Positions 9,610 to 19,435 of a stretch of 32,594 bases of DNA are shown piece by piece. The stretch is from positions 1 to 32,594 of the forward strand of contig JAPLIO010000165.1 in assembly GCA_026389055.1 (NCBI GenBank). Reading direction: 5' to 3'. Origin of the DNA: Candidatus Melainabacteria bacterium. Lineage in GTDB: Bacteria; Cyanobacteriota; Vampirovibrionia; Vampirovibrionales; JAJTHC01. The stretch's first letter is position 1. Every line of letters starts with the position of its first letter. Under the pieces are notes generated by a model. That model saw nothing but the letters and a program-made list of their open reading frames with translations, ran no database searches and had not been told where the DNA came from. The position numbers and the translations under genes are program-made.

Positions 9610-9874
9610 ACGTTGTAATTAAGCGATGTTTTTCAATAATCATATTAAAGAAAACAATCGAATTGGCCGACTGTTTTATTAATGCTTAGCATCGTTTACC
9701 TTTGAGTTGGGTTTTATGCTAATAGCCAGTATTCTTTAAAGCTCTGGGGGAAGCCATTTCCCTACATAGGCAAAATTTCAACACTTTCTTTCTTCTCAAT
9801 CTCTCTCTCTTTTATTTATTTGACTTCTCTTTTTTTAAATACGAACAAAACGACATAGGGGACTTTAATTTCCA

Positions 9875-11269
9875 ATGATGATGATGATGATGACTTCTTC
9901 TTCTAAACACCCACAGTCTCAAGGGGCTTCGTTCCAGTTATTAGGCTCTGCTGCAACATCTGAAAAAACGGTTCTTTCAGGTAAAACGACTCAAAACGCT
10001 GCGAATCCAGTCGTTAAAGGTGGCAGATTGTTAGATGGCTTTACCCCTGAGGCAGCGGGTGTGGTAACGGGTAAACCTGCTCAACAGGCGTTTGATTTTA
10101 TTACTTCCAATGATGGGGCAACGGCTAGTAGCAAAACCACCAAAGCCCAATCGTTTTCAGCTGGGTTTGAACGCTTAAGCGTGAAGCAATTGCCTCGTAA
10201 AAAGCCTGAATTTACGGTAGGTGCTGGGTCTAAAGATATGTTAATTGCCACTTGGCTAACCAACTGGATTACCACGGGCTTAGCCAAAGGTACGTTGACG
10301 GAAAACCATTTATTGCCTTTAAAACAGGAAATTGCTGTTTATTTGGGCGTTAGTATTGGTACCGTTCAAAATGCTATTCGCTATGTGGAAGATGACGGCT
10401 TAGTGGAAAGCAAACAACGCATTGGTACGTTGATTCGTGGTACTTCTAACACGGAAACGGGCGAAACCACGCAAGATGAAAGCCGTGTTCGTAAACAAAC
10501 GTCTAAACGAGATACGGCGGTTGTGGCGTTACAACAACACTTTGTCAAAGCGAATTTCCAAGTAGGGCAAGCCTTGCCTGCTTCTCGGGAATTGGCGAAG
10601 GTGATTGGGTCTGCCCCGAATACAACTCGCTTGGCGTTGGAATTGTTGACGGCTCAAGGGTTGCTTTCTAGCAATAATGCCCGAGGTAAAAAAGCCAATT
10701 GGATTTTACAGGCACTCCCCGCATTGGATGAAAACCAGTTGGGTTCACAAATGGTGGTGCAGACGGATACGCTGATTGACCAATTAGAGCGGGATTTGAA
10801 GCAGTTAATTGCTGATGATTACGAAGTGAACATGAAGTTGCCTTCCCACTTGGAATTGGCGGAATCGCTCAAAGTTTCTATTAAAACCGTGCATGATGCG
10901 ATGCAACGCTTGGTTATTCAAGGCTATGTGCATTCTAAACGGGGGCGGTATGGTACGTTTGTTAGCCGTATTCCTAGCAACTTAATTAATGTTTCTGCTA
11001 TTGAACAGTTGTTTGTGCCTGCGGAAGAACATACGGCTCCTGAATCGGCATTTTACCACTATCAACAGGCGGAAGAGCAGTTGCGGGCGTTGTTGAAAAC
11101 GCAGTATAGCGTTGGGCAACAGTTGCAAGCCATGCCAGAATTGGCTGCCCAGTTGGGTGTTTCCAATAATTCGGTTCGCAGGGCGTTACAAACGTTGTCG
11201 GAAGAAGGCTTGGTTTCTTTCAAGCGAGGCAGATTCGGTGGGACTATTGTGGAAAAAATTCCGCAATAA
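9875..11269 (+). CDS. Protein with four tandem GntR-type winged-helix DNA-binding domains
   Basis: Four LP-x-x-x-ELA-x-x-(L/I)GVS-x-x-TV-x-x-A...L...G-like repeats (LPLKQEIAVYLGVSIGTVQNA; LPASRELAKVIGSAPNTTRLA; LPSHLELAESLKVSIKTVHDA; LQAMPELAAQLGVSNNSVRRA). No effector domain visible. Confidence 0.85.
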   Translation: MMMMMMTSSSKHPQSQGASFQLLGSAATSEKTVLSGKTTQNAANPVVKGGRLLDGFTPEAAGVVTGKPAQQAFDFITSNDGATASSKTTKAQSFSAGFERLSVKQLPRKKPEFTVGAGSKDMLIATWLTNWITTGLAKGTLTENHLLPLKQEIAVYLGVSIGTVQNAIRYVEDDGLVESKQRIGTLIRGTSNTETGETTQDESRVRKQTSKRDTAVVALQQHFVKANFQVGQALPASRELAKVIGSAPNTTRLALELLTAQGLLSSNNARGKKANWILQALPALDENQLGSQMVVQTDTLIDQLERDLKQLIADDYEVNMKLPSHLELAESLKVSIKTVHDAMQRLVIQGYVHSKRGRYGTFVSRIPSNLINVSAIEQLFVPAEEHTAPESAFYHYQQAEEQLRALLKTQYSVGQQLQAMPELAAQLGVSNNSVRRALQTLSEEGLVSFKRGRFGGTIVEKIPQ

Positions 11270-11294
11270 ACCGTCAACATCTACTTTTAATTTT

Positions 11295-11338
11295 CACCCC
11301 CCGAAGAGTCATTTCGAGATGTCTTCGGGGGGTGTTTT
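11295..11338 (+). terminator. Intrinsic terminator-like hairpin between convergent genes
   Basis: CACCCCCCGAAGA...TCTTCGGGGGGTG perfect 13-bp stem followed by TTTT. Confidence 0.75.
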
Positions 11339-11341
11339 AGT

Positions 11342-12379
11342 TTAAACTAATGCCAGTTGAAGTGGTCGACTAGTGGTTTCTTGTTGCTCAAAATAAGCGG
11401 TTAAATCTTGCATAATTTTACTAGCCAAAACGTAAGCTAATTGAACTGGCACGGCATTGCCCACCATTTTATATCCATCCACTACTTGCTGATACTTAAA
11501 CAAAAAGTCATCGGGGAACGTTTGAATTCTCGCACATTCCCGAACGGATAATCGCCTGTAGAGATGTTCTTTCCCTCGAGCAAAAATCCGCACGTTTTGT
11601 TCAATAAACGTCATTTTAGGGGCTTGCGGATGAATGGGTGCGTGCCGACCACCTGCTTGAATGGTAAAAGAAGGCTCATCCCATGCCCTTACTCGATTTC
11701 TTGACATGTAAATCGTTGAAAATCCACCCGTCATATATTCATGATTGCCAATGAAACACGCTTCATTGGCATTATTAGGGACTTTTGCAGGTATTGCTGT
11801 TTTCTGTAAATCTGCAATGGCATCAGTTAAGGTTAATTTCTTTTTAAATGGTTTCGGAAACTCAAATTTCAGCCCTAAATCTTCCCTATAGCCGATAAAA
11901 AATACTCGTTTTCTATCTTGAGGCACACCGTAATCTACCGCATTAAGTAGTTCAAAACTGAGTGTATAACCAGCTTCTTTCAATAAGGTTTGGATGTTTT
12001 CTAGGGCTTCACTATGGCGTGAAGCCAGCATGCCAGCCACATTTTCGGCTAAAAAGAAGAGTGGTTTTTTTGCTTTTAACAGGCGGATAAATTCGTAAAA
12101 TAGTTGACCTCTCGGGTCTTCAATCCCTCTTAAAGCCCCCGCTTCGCTCCAACTTTGGCACGGAGGCCCACCAATGATACCAATACAGTCAGGAACGGCT
12201 TCCGCAGGCACATTCCGAATACTTCTTGTGTCTAATGGTGTGTGTGGGAAGTTATGACGGAAAGTAGCTTCAATGCTTTTATCGTATTCATTGGCCCAAA
12301 TAACATTAAAACCCGCTTGTTCAAAGCCTTTATCTAGCCCGCCCGCTCCTGAAAACAACCCGATGATATTTTTATTCAT
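11342..12379 (-). CDS. C5-cytosine DNA methyltransferase, M.HaeIII/M.NgoPII-like (predicted GGCC)
   Basis: FSGAGG, GGPPCQSWS, ENV, QDRKRVF, GNAVP motifs; TRD HEY..G.FSTIYMSRNRVR.W.EP resembles M.HaeIII. ATG 12379 overlaps the endonuclease stop. Confidence 0.93.
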   Translation of the reverse strand: MNKNIIGLFSGAGGLDKGFEQAGFNVIWANEYDKSIEATFRHNFPHTPLDTRSIRNVPAEAVPDCIGIIGGPPCQSWSEAGALRGIEDPRGQLFYEFIRLLKAKKPLFFLAENVAGMLASRHSEALENIQTLLKEAGYTLSFELLNAVDYGVPQDRKRVFFIGYREDLGLKFEFPKPFKKKLTLTDAIADLQKTAIPAKVPNNANEACFIGNHEYMTGGFSTIYMSRNRVRAWDEPSFTIQAGGRHAPIHPQAPKMTFIEQNVRIFARGKEHLYRRLSVRECARIQTFPDDFLFKYQQVVDGYKMVGNAVPVQLAYVLASKIMQDLTAYFEQQETTSRPLQLALV

Positions 12380-13235
12380 GGCTATAATACTCCATAAAAA
12401 CGGCTTCCAGTAATTGAGCAGGATTATTGGGGTTTTTAATTTTAACAACTCGAATAGAGAAGCCTTTATCTTGCGTTTCTAGTATTTTTAATGCTTGTTT
12501 AGAAGCCTCATCGAAGCTATCCCATTTTTCTTTCTGCATCAAACAAAAGAGTTTAAACCCTTCTTTTTTAGGATGGCTGGGGAGTGTTTCGTATACCTTG
12601 TTGGGGTGAGCAATATGCCACATACCCCGAATACGCAAATCTGTAATACCTAAGGGGTCTACCTTGTGTACTTTTCCTAATTCTTTGGTTTTAGCGTCAA
12701 AATCAATATCAGGTATGGTTTGGATGCCTACAGAAATAGCCGTTTTTATCTTTTCATAGATTTCTTTATCAGCGGTGTAGCAATTTCCGTATACGAACCA
12801 AAGTGTCTTTAAATCAGCACCTTCTACAGTGCCTACAGTGTAAATAATATCTTTCACATCCCAAGTTTCACAAGTGCGGCAAGCTTTGCTTATCATGGGG
12901 CTATCAGCATACAGTTTTGATTTTGGATAGGAACTATTGAGGGCTAAAGCACTATTTTTAGATTCTATTTTCTTAACTTCAATCGCATCACCACCGTGTA
13001 GCATCATATCAGGTGGGTTATTGGCGTTACCTAAATAGGAAAAAATGGCGGTGTAACGTTCTGTTTTGGTGTTGACATCTTCAGCTTGCAATGTACCAGC
13101 AAACGCATCTTTAATGTAGGTTTCTAAAGCCGTTCCCATGTGGTTTGCTCTATTTTTACCCAATGCTTGTTTTTGAGTTTGTCGTTGCGTGCTAGTAATA
13201 ATGTTTTGAATGGCGATTAGAAGAGTTGAAACCAT
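12372..13235 (-). CDS. Type II restriction endonuclease, NgoPII family
   Basis: NRANHMGTALETYIKDAF, YLGNANNPPD..GGDAIEVKKIES (PD-ExK), ALNSSYPK, VDPLGITDLRIRGMW; coupled to the MTase. Confidence 0.88.
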   Translation of the reverse strand: MVSTLLIAIQNIITSTQRQTQKQALGKNRANHMGTALETYIKDAFAGTLQAEDVNTKTERYTAIFSYLGNANNPPDMMLHGGDAIEVKKIESKNSALALNSSYPKSKLYADSPMISKACRTCETWDVKDIIYTVGTVEGADLKTLWFVYGNCYTADKEIYEKIKTAISVGIQTIPDIDFDAKTKELGKVHKVDPLGITDLRIRGMWHIAHPNKVYETLPSHPKKEGFKLFCLMQKEKWDSFDEASKQALKILETQDKGFSIRVVKIKNPNNPAQLLEAVFMEYYSHE

Positions 13236-13295
13236 GATAGTGTACCTTTAAAGAAATTTACTATTGTCTGATAGTTATTATCTCATAATCAACGG

Positions 13296-15275
13296 TTATT
13301 TGGTATCTCTTAAATGAGATATTGAACCGTCTTTTTCAGATTGCTTTAACCAGAGCGATTCCACATTGTGGAACGCACCGCCAAGGGGCGTAATATCCAA
13401 GTTCTGCAATTCGGATCGTATGGCAATCAAGCTTTTGTCCGAATACAAATAAATCATCGGCAACTGGTCTGAAACCGCCCGCTGATACCCATCGTAATAA
13501 ACCCGACGCTTCTCTCTATCAAAAAACTTCACGCCCTCATCAAAAGCGGTATCCACCGTCTTTTCCCAAGGCAAGCGGTCGTCAGGCGAAGGTAACGCCA
13601 CTTCAGGGCGAAAATTCATAAAGTGCAACGCTGCCGTAGAACGCCACACATTCACCGCCCCGTTGGGTTCCAGCCCCCCACCAGAAAGCCCCAAAATAAT
13701 GGCTTCCCACTGCCCATTATGCAATTTATCTACCAACGTATTGAATTCCATTGGTTTAAATTGCACGGCAATGCCTAGCTTTTCTAAATCTTGCTTTAGT
13801 TGCACGCCCGTGGCTTCTCTGGCAGCATTACCTGCATTGGTTAGTAGCGTAAAAGTAACAGGCACGCCGTTAGCATCCAGTAGCTTTTGTTGGGCGTTCC
13901 AGCTGAAACCAGCGGTTTTTAGCAGGGCTTTGGCCTTTTCAATATCCTGAGGATGTCCCTTGGCGAGGGTTTTATTCAGATAGACGGAATTCAAGCTTTC
14001 CGCCGTAAACAGCGGTTGCCCAATCCCCCGAAGCACGTTGCTTACAAGCCCTTGCCTATCAACAGCCCAATCCACCGCTTGCCGAAACGCTAGCGTATTA
14101 AACCAAGCGGATTTGGTAGGGTCTACCCACGGTTTGGGGTTGGGCGGAGCCGTTTTTCGTTTGGACAAATTAAACACCACAAAGGTGGGTGAATCATTCG
14201 CCCCTAAATCATACAGGGAAAATGGCAATTGCCTATTATACCGCAAACGGTTCAGCTGGGGCGGATGAAACTCTAACGCATGCACTTGCCCTTGTTCAAA
14301 TTGCAACAGCAAATTGTTTTCATCTTTGGCAAACGTAACCACTTCTTTTTCAACGTAGGGTAGGCGTTTATGGGCAGTATTCACCATAAAATAATGGGGG
14401 TTACGTTTGTATTGTACTCGTTGCCCCGGTTCGTAGTGTTCCAACTGCCAAGCCCCGCACGCAGGGAAGTGTTCAGGGTGTTGTTCCGCTTCTTGGGTAG
14501 ACCACAACTGGCTGAAGGCTTTTTTGCCTCTTTGTTTTAACAACGGTTCAAAATAATGAGCAGGGGCAATGGCTTGCCCTAAATTGGTTAAAAACGGAGC
14601 AAACGGCGTGGGCGTGGTAAATTTCAGCGTATAGTCATCTATCTGTTGAACCGTCGGGAATTGCCCATTGATGGTTACAACGTCTCTCAAACTGGGGTTT
14701 CCCAACCCTTCTTTAATGATGGTATTCCAAGTAAATAGCACGTCTTGGGCGGTTAGGGGGGTATTATCGCTCCAGTTTAAGCCTTTACGAAGGGTTACGG
14801 TAATGGTTTTTTGGTCAGAGGAAATGACAAACTTTTTGGCGACAGAAGGAATGCTTTCACCCGTGTAGGGGTCGGTGGAAATGAGGCTACAGGTTAGTTT
14901 TCCGCCGACCATGCCTGAAGTAGCGTCTCTCGATTCCCACGGATTAAACGTTTTAGGGCCTGTACCTAAGCTGGCTTCTAGCAAGGTACCCCCAAATTGC
15001 CCAACAGGGTAGGGGGAAACAATCACTTCATCGCCATTGGGGAGTAGGGCTTCCGTATAGTGGTGTTGGAGGGGTTTTTGCGGTGTTTGGACGGATATAA
15101 CGGCTTTGCCGAGTCTGTTTTTTTCAGAATCTGCCAGTTTTTGTTGGGTTAATTGGTCAGGCGTAGGTGGTTTGCAACTGGAAAGAAAGCCTAATAATCC
15201 ACCTAAAACAACTAACCCGATGATGACAGGTGAAAGAAAAACAGATTTTTTGGTGGGCGTATTGGATGGGTTCAT
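13296..15275 (-). CDS. ABC transporter substrate-binding lipoprotein, family 5 (peptide/nickel)
   Basis: Hydrophobic signal plus FLSSC lipobox; PKTFNP, LRKGLNWSD..PLTAQDVLFT, FRQAVDWAVDR. Confidence 0.92.
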   Translation of the reverse strand: MNPSNTPTKKSVFLSPVIIGLVVLGGLLGFLSSCKPPTPDQLTQQKLADSEKNRLGKAVISVQTPQKPLQHHYTEALLPNGDEVIVSPYPVGQFGGTLLEASLGTGPKTFNPWESRDATSGMVGGKLTCSLISTDPYTGESIPSVAKKFVISSDQKTITVTLRKGLNWSDNTPLTAQDVLFTWNTIIKEGLGNPSLRDVVTINGQFPTVQQIDDYTLKFTTPTPFAPFLTNLGQAIAPAHYFEPLLKQRGKKAFSQLWSTQEAEQHPEHFPACGAWQLEHYEPGQRVQYKRNPHYFMVNTAHKRLPYVEKEVVTFAKDENNLLLQFEQGQVHALEFHPPQLNRLRYNRQLPFSLYDLGANDSPTFVVFNLSKRKTAPPNPKPWVDPTKSAWFNTLAFRQAVDWAVDRQGLVSNVLRGIGQPLFTAESLNSVYLNKTLAKGHPQDIEKAKALLKTAGFSWNAQQKLLDANGVPVTFTLLTNAGNAAREATGVQLKQDLEKLGIAVQFKPMEFNTLVDKLHNGQWEAIILGLSGGGLEPNGAVNVWRSTAALHFMNFRPEVALPSPDDRLPWEKTVDTAFDEGVKFFDREKRRVYYDGYQRAVSDQLPMIYLYSDKSLIAIRSELQNLDITPLGGAFHNVESLWLKQSEKDGSISHLRDTK

Positions 15276-15321
15276 TCGGTTTGTGAAGCTTTCATCAGAA
15301 GGAAATACCCACTATTTTATG

Positions 15322-15390
15322 GTTAATTTTCAACTAAAGTTAGTTGGTTTTAACCTGAAAAGTAGTTAATTTTAACCTAAAAAATAGTTG
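15322..15390. repeat. Three degenerate tandem 21-22-bp direct repeats upstream of the binding-protein gene
   Basis: GTTAATTTTCAACTAAAGTTA / GTTGGTTTTAACCTGAAAAGTA / GTTAATTTTAACCTAAAAAATA / GTTGG. Confidence 0.6.
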
Positions 15391-15405
15391 GGCAAGTTAA
15401 TGCTT

Positions 15406-16098
15406 CTATTTTAACACGTTGGCCGCCGTTAGACTGATAAACGTGGGGGCATATTTTTCCATAAAGGTTCTACCAATGCCGTGCAACTGTTCTAAGGCTG
15501 GGTAATCGGTCGGTTGATGCACCGCCAAGCTTCGCAATACGGCGTTGGAACAAACACGATAAGCCTTGATGTTTTCTTTTTGAGCAAGATGAAACCGTGC
15601 TTCCCGAAGCGTTTCGTAAAACTGCCATTGGGCTTCCGTTAAGTCTTCTTCGCTAGGCACGGCAAGGGATTCAGCAGTTAGGCTTTTCGTTTTTTTAACA
15701 GGTTTCGTTTCGGGCGATGGTGCTTTTGGGGAACGGATTAAAAACGCAGGCGGTGGTGGTAGAGGTGTTTTTTCTTCGGCTAGGGCTGGTATTGGTTTTT
15801 TTGCAGAAGGTTGTTCGGAAAGCGTTTTTTGCCAGTGCTTTAACGTTTTTAAGCCTAACAGTGTTAAGCTAATGGGGGCTTGCGGATAAGGTTGTTCCAC
15901 CCACTGATTACGAAGTAACGAGGGCATCGTTTCTGCCGAAAGAGGGGCATTGGCAATGCTTGAAAAAGCAGTTTCAATTTCTTGAACCGTCGGTTCCCCG
16001 AGCCATTCCAACAGCAGTTGAAGCACCATCATTTGCTGGAACTGGGTGTGTAGCAAGGTTAATTTTTCAATGGTATTGGGTAATAAAGTCGTGTTCAT
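15406..16098 (-). CDS. Stand-alone HRDC-domain protein
   Basis: C-terminal YETLREARFHLAQKENIKAYRVCSNAVLRSLA...P...LEQLHGIG....EKY is HRDC-like; Pro/Lys-rich linker; no helicase core. Confidence 0.8.
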   Translation of the reverse strand: MNTTLLPNTIEKLTLLHTQFQQMMVLQLLLEWLGEPTVQEIETAFSSIANAPLSAETMPSLLRNQWVEQPYPQAPISLTLLGLKTLKHWQKTLSEQPSAKKPIPALAEEKTPLPPPPAFLIRSPKAPSPETKPVKKTKSLTAESLAVPSEEDLTEAQWQFYETLREARFHLAQKENIKAYRVCSNAVLRSLAVHQPTDYPALEQLHGIGRTFMEKYAPTFISLTAANVLK

Positions 16099-16114
16099 AC
16101 AGAAAGGCTATGGG

Positions 16115-18030
16115 TTAAGGGGCTAGTAATTCAGCTTTAAACGCCGTGGGCGAAGGCATGGCTATTGGAAGAGGTTCTTTAAATTGGGCATTGTATAGGT
16201 TAGCATAAGCCCCACCATCGGCTAGTAGTTGGGCGTGCGTGCCTTGTTCTACAATTTGCCCGTGTGCCATTACTACAATCATATCCGCATTCATCACGGT
16301 GGAAAGCCTGTGGGCAATAACCACCACGGTACGATTTTGCATCAGCGAATCAATCGCCTGTTGAACCACGGCTTCTGATTGGTTATCTAACGCACTGGTG
16401 GCTTCATCTAACACCACCAACGGGGTGTTTTTTAAAAACGCCCGAGCAATCGCAATCCGTTGTTTTTGCCCACCTGAAAGCAATACGCCTCGTTCACCAA
16501 CAGGGGTTTCAAGTCCTTGGGGTAGGCTGTTGACAAAATCTCGTAAATAAGCGGCATCAATTGCCTGCCAAAGTTCGGTTTCCGTGGCTTTGGGGTTGGC
16601 TAATAAAATGTTTTCCCGAATAGAGCCTACAAACATGAAGTTATCTTGAAAAACAGCACATGAAAGGCTGGCTAACGATTCTTTGGTCAATGTTTGAATG
16701 GGGTGGGCATCAAACCGAATTTCGCCTTCAACCACATCATAAAGACGCAACAATAAATGGGCTAACGTGGTTTTACCACTACCTGAAGACCCTACTAAGG
16801 CAATGGTTTTGCCTGTAGGAATCAATAAATCGATATGGTTTAGCACCATCGGTAAGTCTTCACGGTATTGGAAGCTAACATTTTGGAGTGTAATGCCTGT
16901 TTCAATGGCGTGCAACGTCGCCCCTTCGGTGGGGAATTGCAGGGTGGGCACTCTATCCATCAGTTCATAAACCCGTAATAGCCCCAGATAAGAAAGCTGC
17001 AGTTGCGTGCTCATATTTCCCAAGCTTTTAATGGGGGTATACAGTAGCACCAATGAAGTAATAAACGAGGCAAATCCGCCTGCGGTCATTTCTCCGCTTT
17101 GCAGTAAGCCTGTGCCAAACCACAACACCAAGCTAATACCCAAGCCCGAAATGCTGTGCATAATAGGGGTGATGGCTCCCTGAACCGTGGCTAAACGCAA
17201 CGCAATATGCCGAAGCCCTTTAATAGATTCTTCAAACGCTGCTAGTTTGGCATTAAACAAGTGAAACACCGCAATCACTCTGTTTCCCTGTAGGGCTTCT
17301 GTGTAATGCGAACTGAGCAACGACATATTTTGCAACGTGGTTTCACTCACTTTTTTCAGATATTTCCGAGCAAACGCCAAGGGAATGAAAATGGTACTAA
17401 GCACCAATAAGGCAACCGTTGCCAGCTTCCAAGAAATACTTAATAGCGTTAAGGAAAGCCCAATAACGGAAAATGTTCGTACCAGTGAAGACTTCAACAT
17501 ATCCGTAACGCCATTAATGGCTAAATCTACATCGCCCCCAAAGCGGGCTAAAATATCGCCCGTATTGGAACGGTCAAAATAGGCGGGTTCAAAGCTGAGC
17601 AGTTTGGCGTAGAGGTCTTTTTTAACTTGAGTATTCAAACTAACGTTTAGGTGGCAATATAGTTGAAAGCCCCTTGGGTGCACATAAAAATAACAATCCC
17701 CAGCGGAATCATCCAAGCGTTTTTCAGAATATCCACACCCGCTGGCAGAAACGAAATAACCACGCTGGTAAAGGGCTTTGTCCATAGCGGAAAGCCTTCA
17801 AACACTTGGGAAATGCTTTTATGTTCTAGTACTAAATCTAAATAAATTTTAATACCCAACGGCATCAGGGCATCAAAAATACCCACCAGCGAAGCCGCCG
17901 TCATGGAAATGATAAACATCCAGAAAATCGTTTTAAAATAAGGCCACAACCGCATATACGCCCGAATACTCTGGAAGGCGGGTTCTTTTTCGGGTTTAGC
18001 GGGCAGGGAAGCATTAGTAGGGAATGACAA
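16115..18030 (-). pseudogene. MsbA-like ABC exporter (TMD+NBD) split by a frameshift near 17650; real lesion or sequence error
   Basis: ORF 17647-18030 gives TM1-TM2 ending QGAFNYIAT*. The other frame continues LNVSLNTQVKKDLY..YFD..TGDI and has Walker A GSSGSGKT, LSGGQKQRIAIARA and LDEATSALD. Confidence 0.8.
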
Positions 18031-18094
18031 ACGATTAGTCTTTCTGAAACCTTGTAATATATATTGATAGCATAAGATAAAGTTACCGTTGACT

Positions 18095-18244
18095 CAAGAG
18101 CTTACTGAAAAAGCCTTCATTAGGCGTGCTAGCGTTGTTACTTGCGGTACTCCCTTGGTTATGTAGTTTTGGCTACACGCCCGTCAGTCCGTTCCGCGTG
18201 CCTAGCTATCTCATCCTACTGAAATCTTTTTCCGCAACCTCCTA
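18095..18244. mobile_element. RPE-1-like palindromic element (MITE-like), copy A; overlaps murG 3' end
   Basis: Imperfect 30-bp terminal inverted repeats (about 22/30) and a core GCGGTACTC...GTAG/CTAC hairpin...CGTTCCGC shared with the copies at 23628, 27486 and 28665. Confidence 0.75.
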
Positions 18245-19427
18245 AGCAATTCATTATTTTTGTGATAATTGTTTGCGTGGCTTCGGGTTTAGCTAACCGA
18301 AGGGCATGGTTTTTCATGGTGGTTAATGCTTCAGGTCGTTCGATTAACCGCTTTACTTGGCGAACCAAATTTTCCGCCGAACAAGCGGCATCTAGCAATA
18401 AAATACTCGCTCCCTCTGCTTCGCTTAGCCGAGCATTCGCTTCTTGATGATTAGCCGCTGCGTAAGGGTAAGGCACCAAAATAGAAGGCGTTCCACTTAA
18501 ATACAATTCCGAAAGGGTTAAACTGCCTGCACGGCAAACGGAAAAATCTGCTACTGCCCACAGGGCATCCATCCCATTAAAAAAGGGTTGGCAATGGTAA
18601 GCCGAAGCTATTTTTTCAGCTGTTTCAGCCTCCCACCCCGTGGTAGAGTGTGCTTGATAAAGCGATTGCGTTTCTTCCCATAATTTATCGCCACATTGAT
18701 GAATTACTTGCAAATTACAGTCTGCTATCAACTGCGGTAAAGCTTGAACCACGGCTTTGTTGAGCGTTCTAGCCCCTTGAGACCCGCCCACAATAACCAG
18801 TGTTAGCTTTTCAGCAGACCAGCCTGCTAAGCCTAATTGGTGAAAGGCTTCCGTTTTTGAAAGCGAAGTAAAATTGCCTCGCAACGGGTTGCCCGTAAAG
18901 GTATAGCGGTCTTCTGGAATGCCTAGCCCTTTGGCTCTGTTGGGGAATGCACCCGTTACCCCAGCAGCCCACCGAGCCATCAATTTATTGACTAGCCCAG
19001 GTACGACATCGGGTTCATGAATAAAATAGGGAATATGGAGTTGTTGGGCTGCCGCCAAAACAGGGGCTGCTACATAACCGCCCGTGCCAATAACTGCCGT
19101 GGCATTAAAGGCTTTTAGTTTTTGTTTGGCTTGTTTAATGGCTTGATTGAGTGCCCACAACCAGCCCAGCAACTTGAACGGATTCTTCCCCCTTGGCATA
19201 CCCCGAAACGGCACGGCTTCAAAGGGTAAGCCCGCTTCTGGCACTTTTTTAGATTCCAAACTATCCGCATTGCCAATATACAATAACGCTTCAACGTTGG
19301 GGTGATGTTTTAACGCATCTGCCAGTGCCAGTGCGGGGTAAAGGTGTCCGCCCGTGCCACCGCCTGTTAGCACAATTCGATGCGTTGAAGTAGCTTGTGA
19401 TGTTGTTTTAGGGGTTAGCGTTTCCAT
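18216..19427 (-). CDS. murG: MurG N-acetylglucosaminyltransferase
   Basis: TGGGTGGHLYPA, GTGGYVA, HEPD..PGLVN, TGNPLR, GGSQGA, CRAGSLT.SEL, HQEANA. Confidence 0.97.
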   Translation of the reverse strand: METLTPKTTSQATSTHRIVLTGGGTGGHLYPALALADALKHHPNVEALLYIGNADSLESKKVPEAGLPFEAVPFRGMPRGKNPFKLLGWLWALNQAIKQAKQKLKAFNATAVIGTGGYVAAPVLAAAQQLHIPYFIHEPDVVPGLVNKLMARWAAGVTGAFPNRAKGLGIPEDRYTFTGNPLRGNFTSLSKTEAFHQLGLAGWSAEKLTLVIVGGSQGARTLNKAVVQALPQLIADCNLQVIHQCGDKLWEETQSLYQAHSTTGWEAETAEKIASAYHCQPFFNGMDALWAVADFSVCRAGSLTLSELYLSGTPSILVPYPYAAANHQEANARLSEAEGASILLLDAACSAENLVRQVKRLIERPEALTTMKNHALRLAKPEATQTIITKIMNCLGGCGKRFQ

Positions 19428-19435
19428 TGCAGAAG

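Noticed and set aside
9781-9840. CT-rich tract upstream of the four-wHTH gene
   Set aside because: Low-complexity pyrimidine run without structure or a second copy; no function can be supported.
15322-15390. Possible CRISPR array
   Set aside because: Units are directly tandem and degenerate with no unique spacers, and no cas genes are present.
17650-17785. MDKALYQ... start of the 556-aa ABC ORF
   Set aside because: Out-of-frame reading of the true N-terminal segment encoded by 17647-18030.
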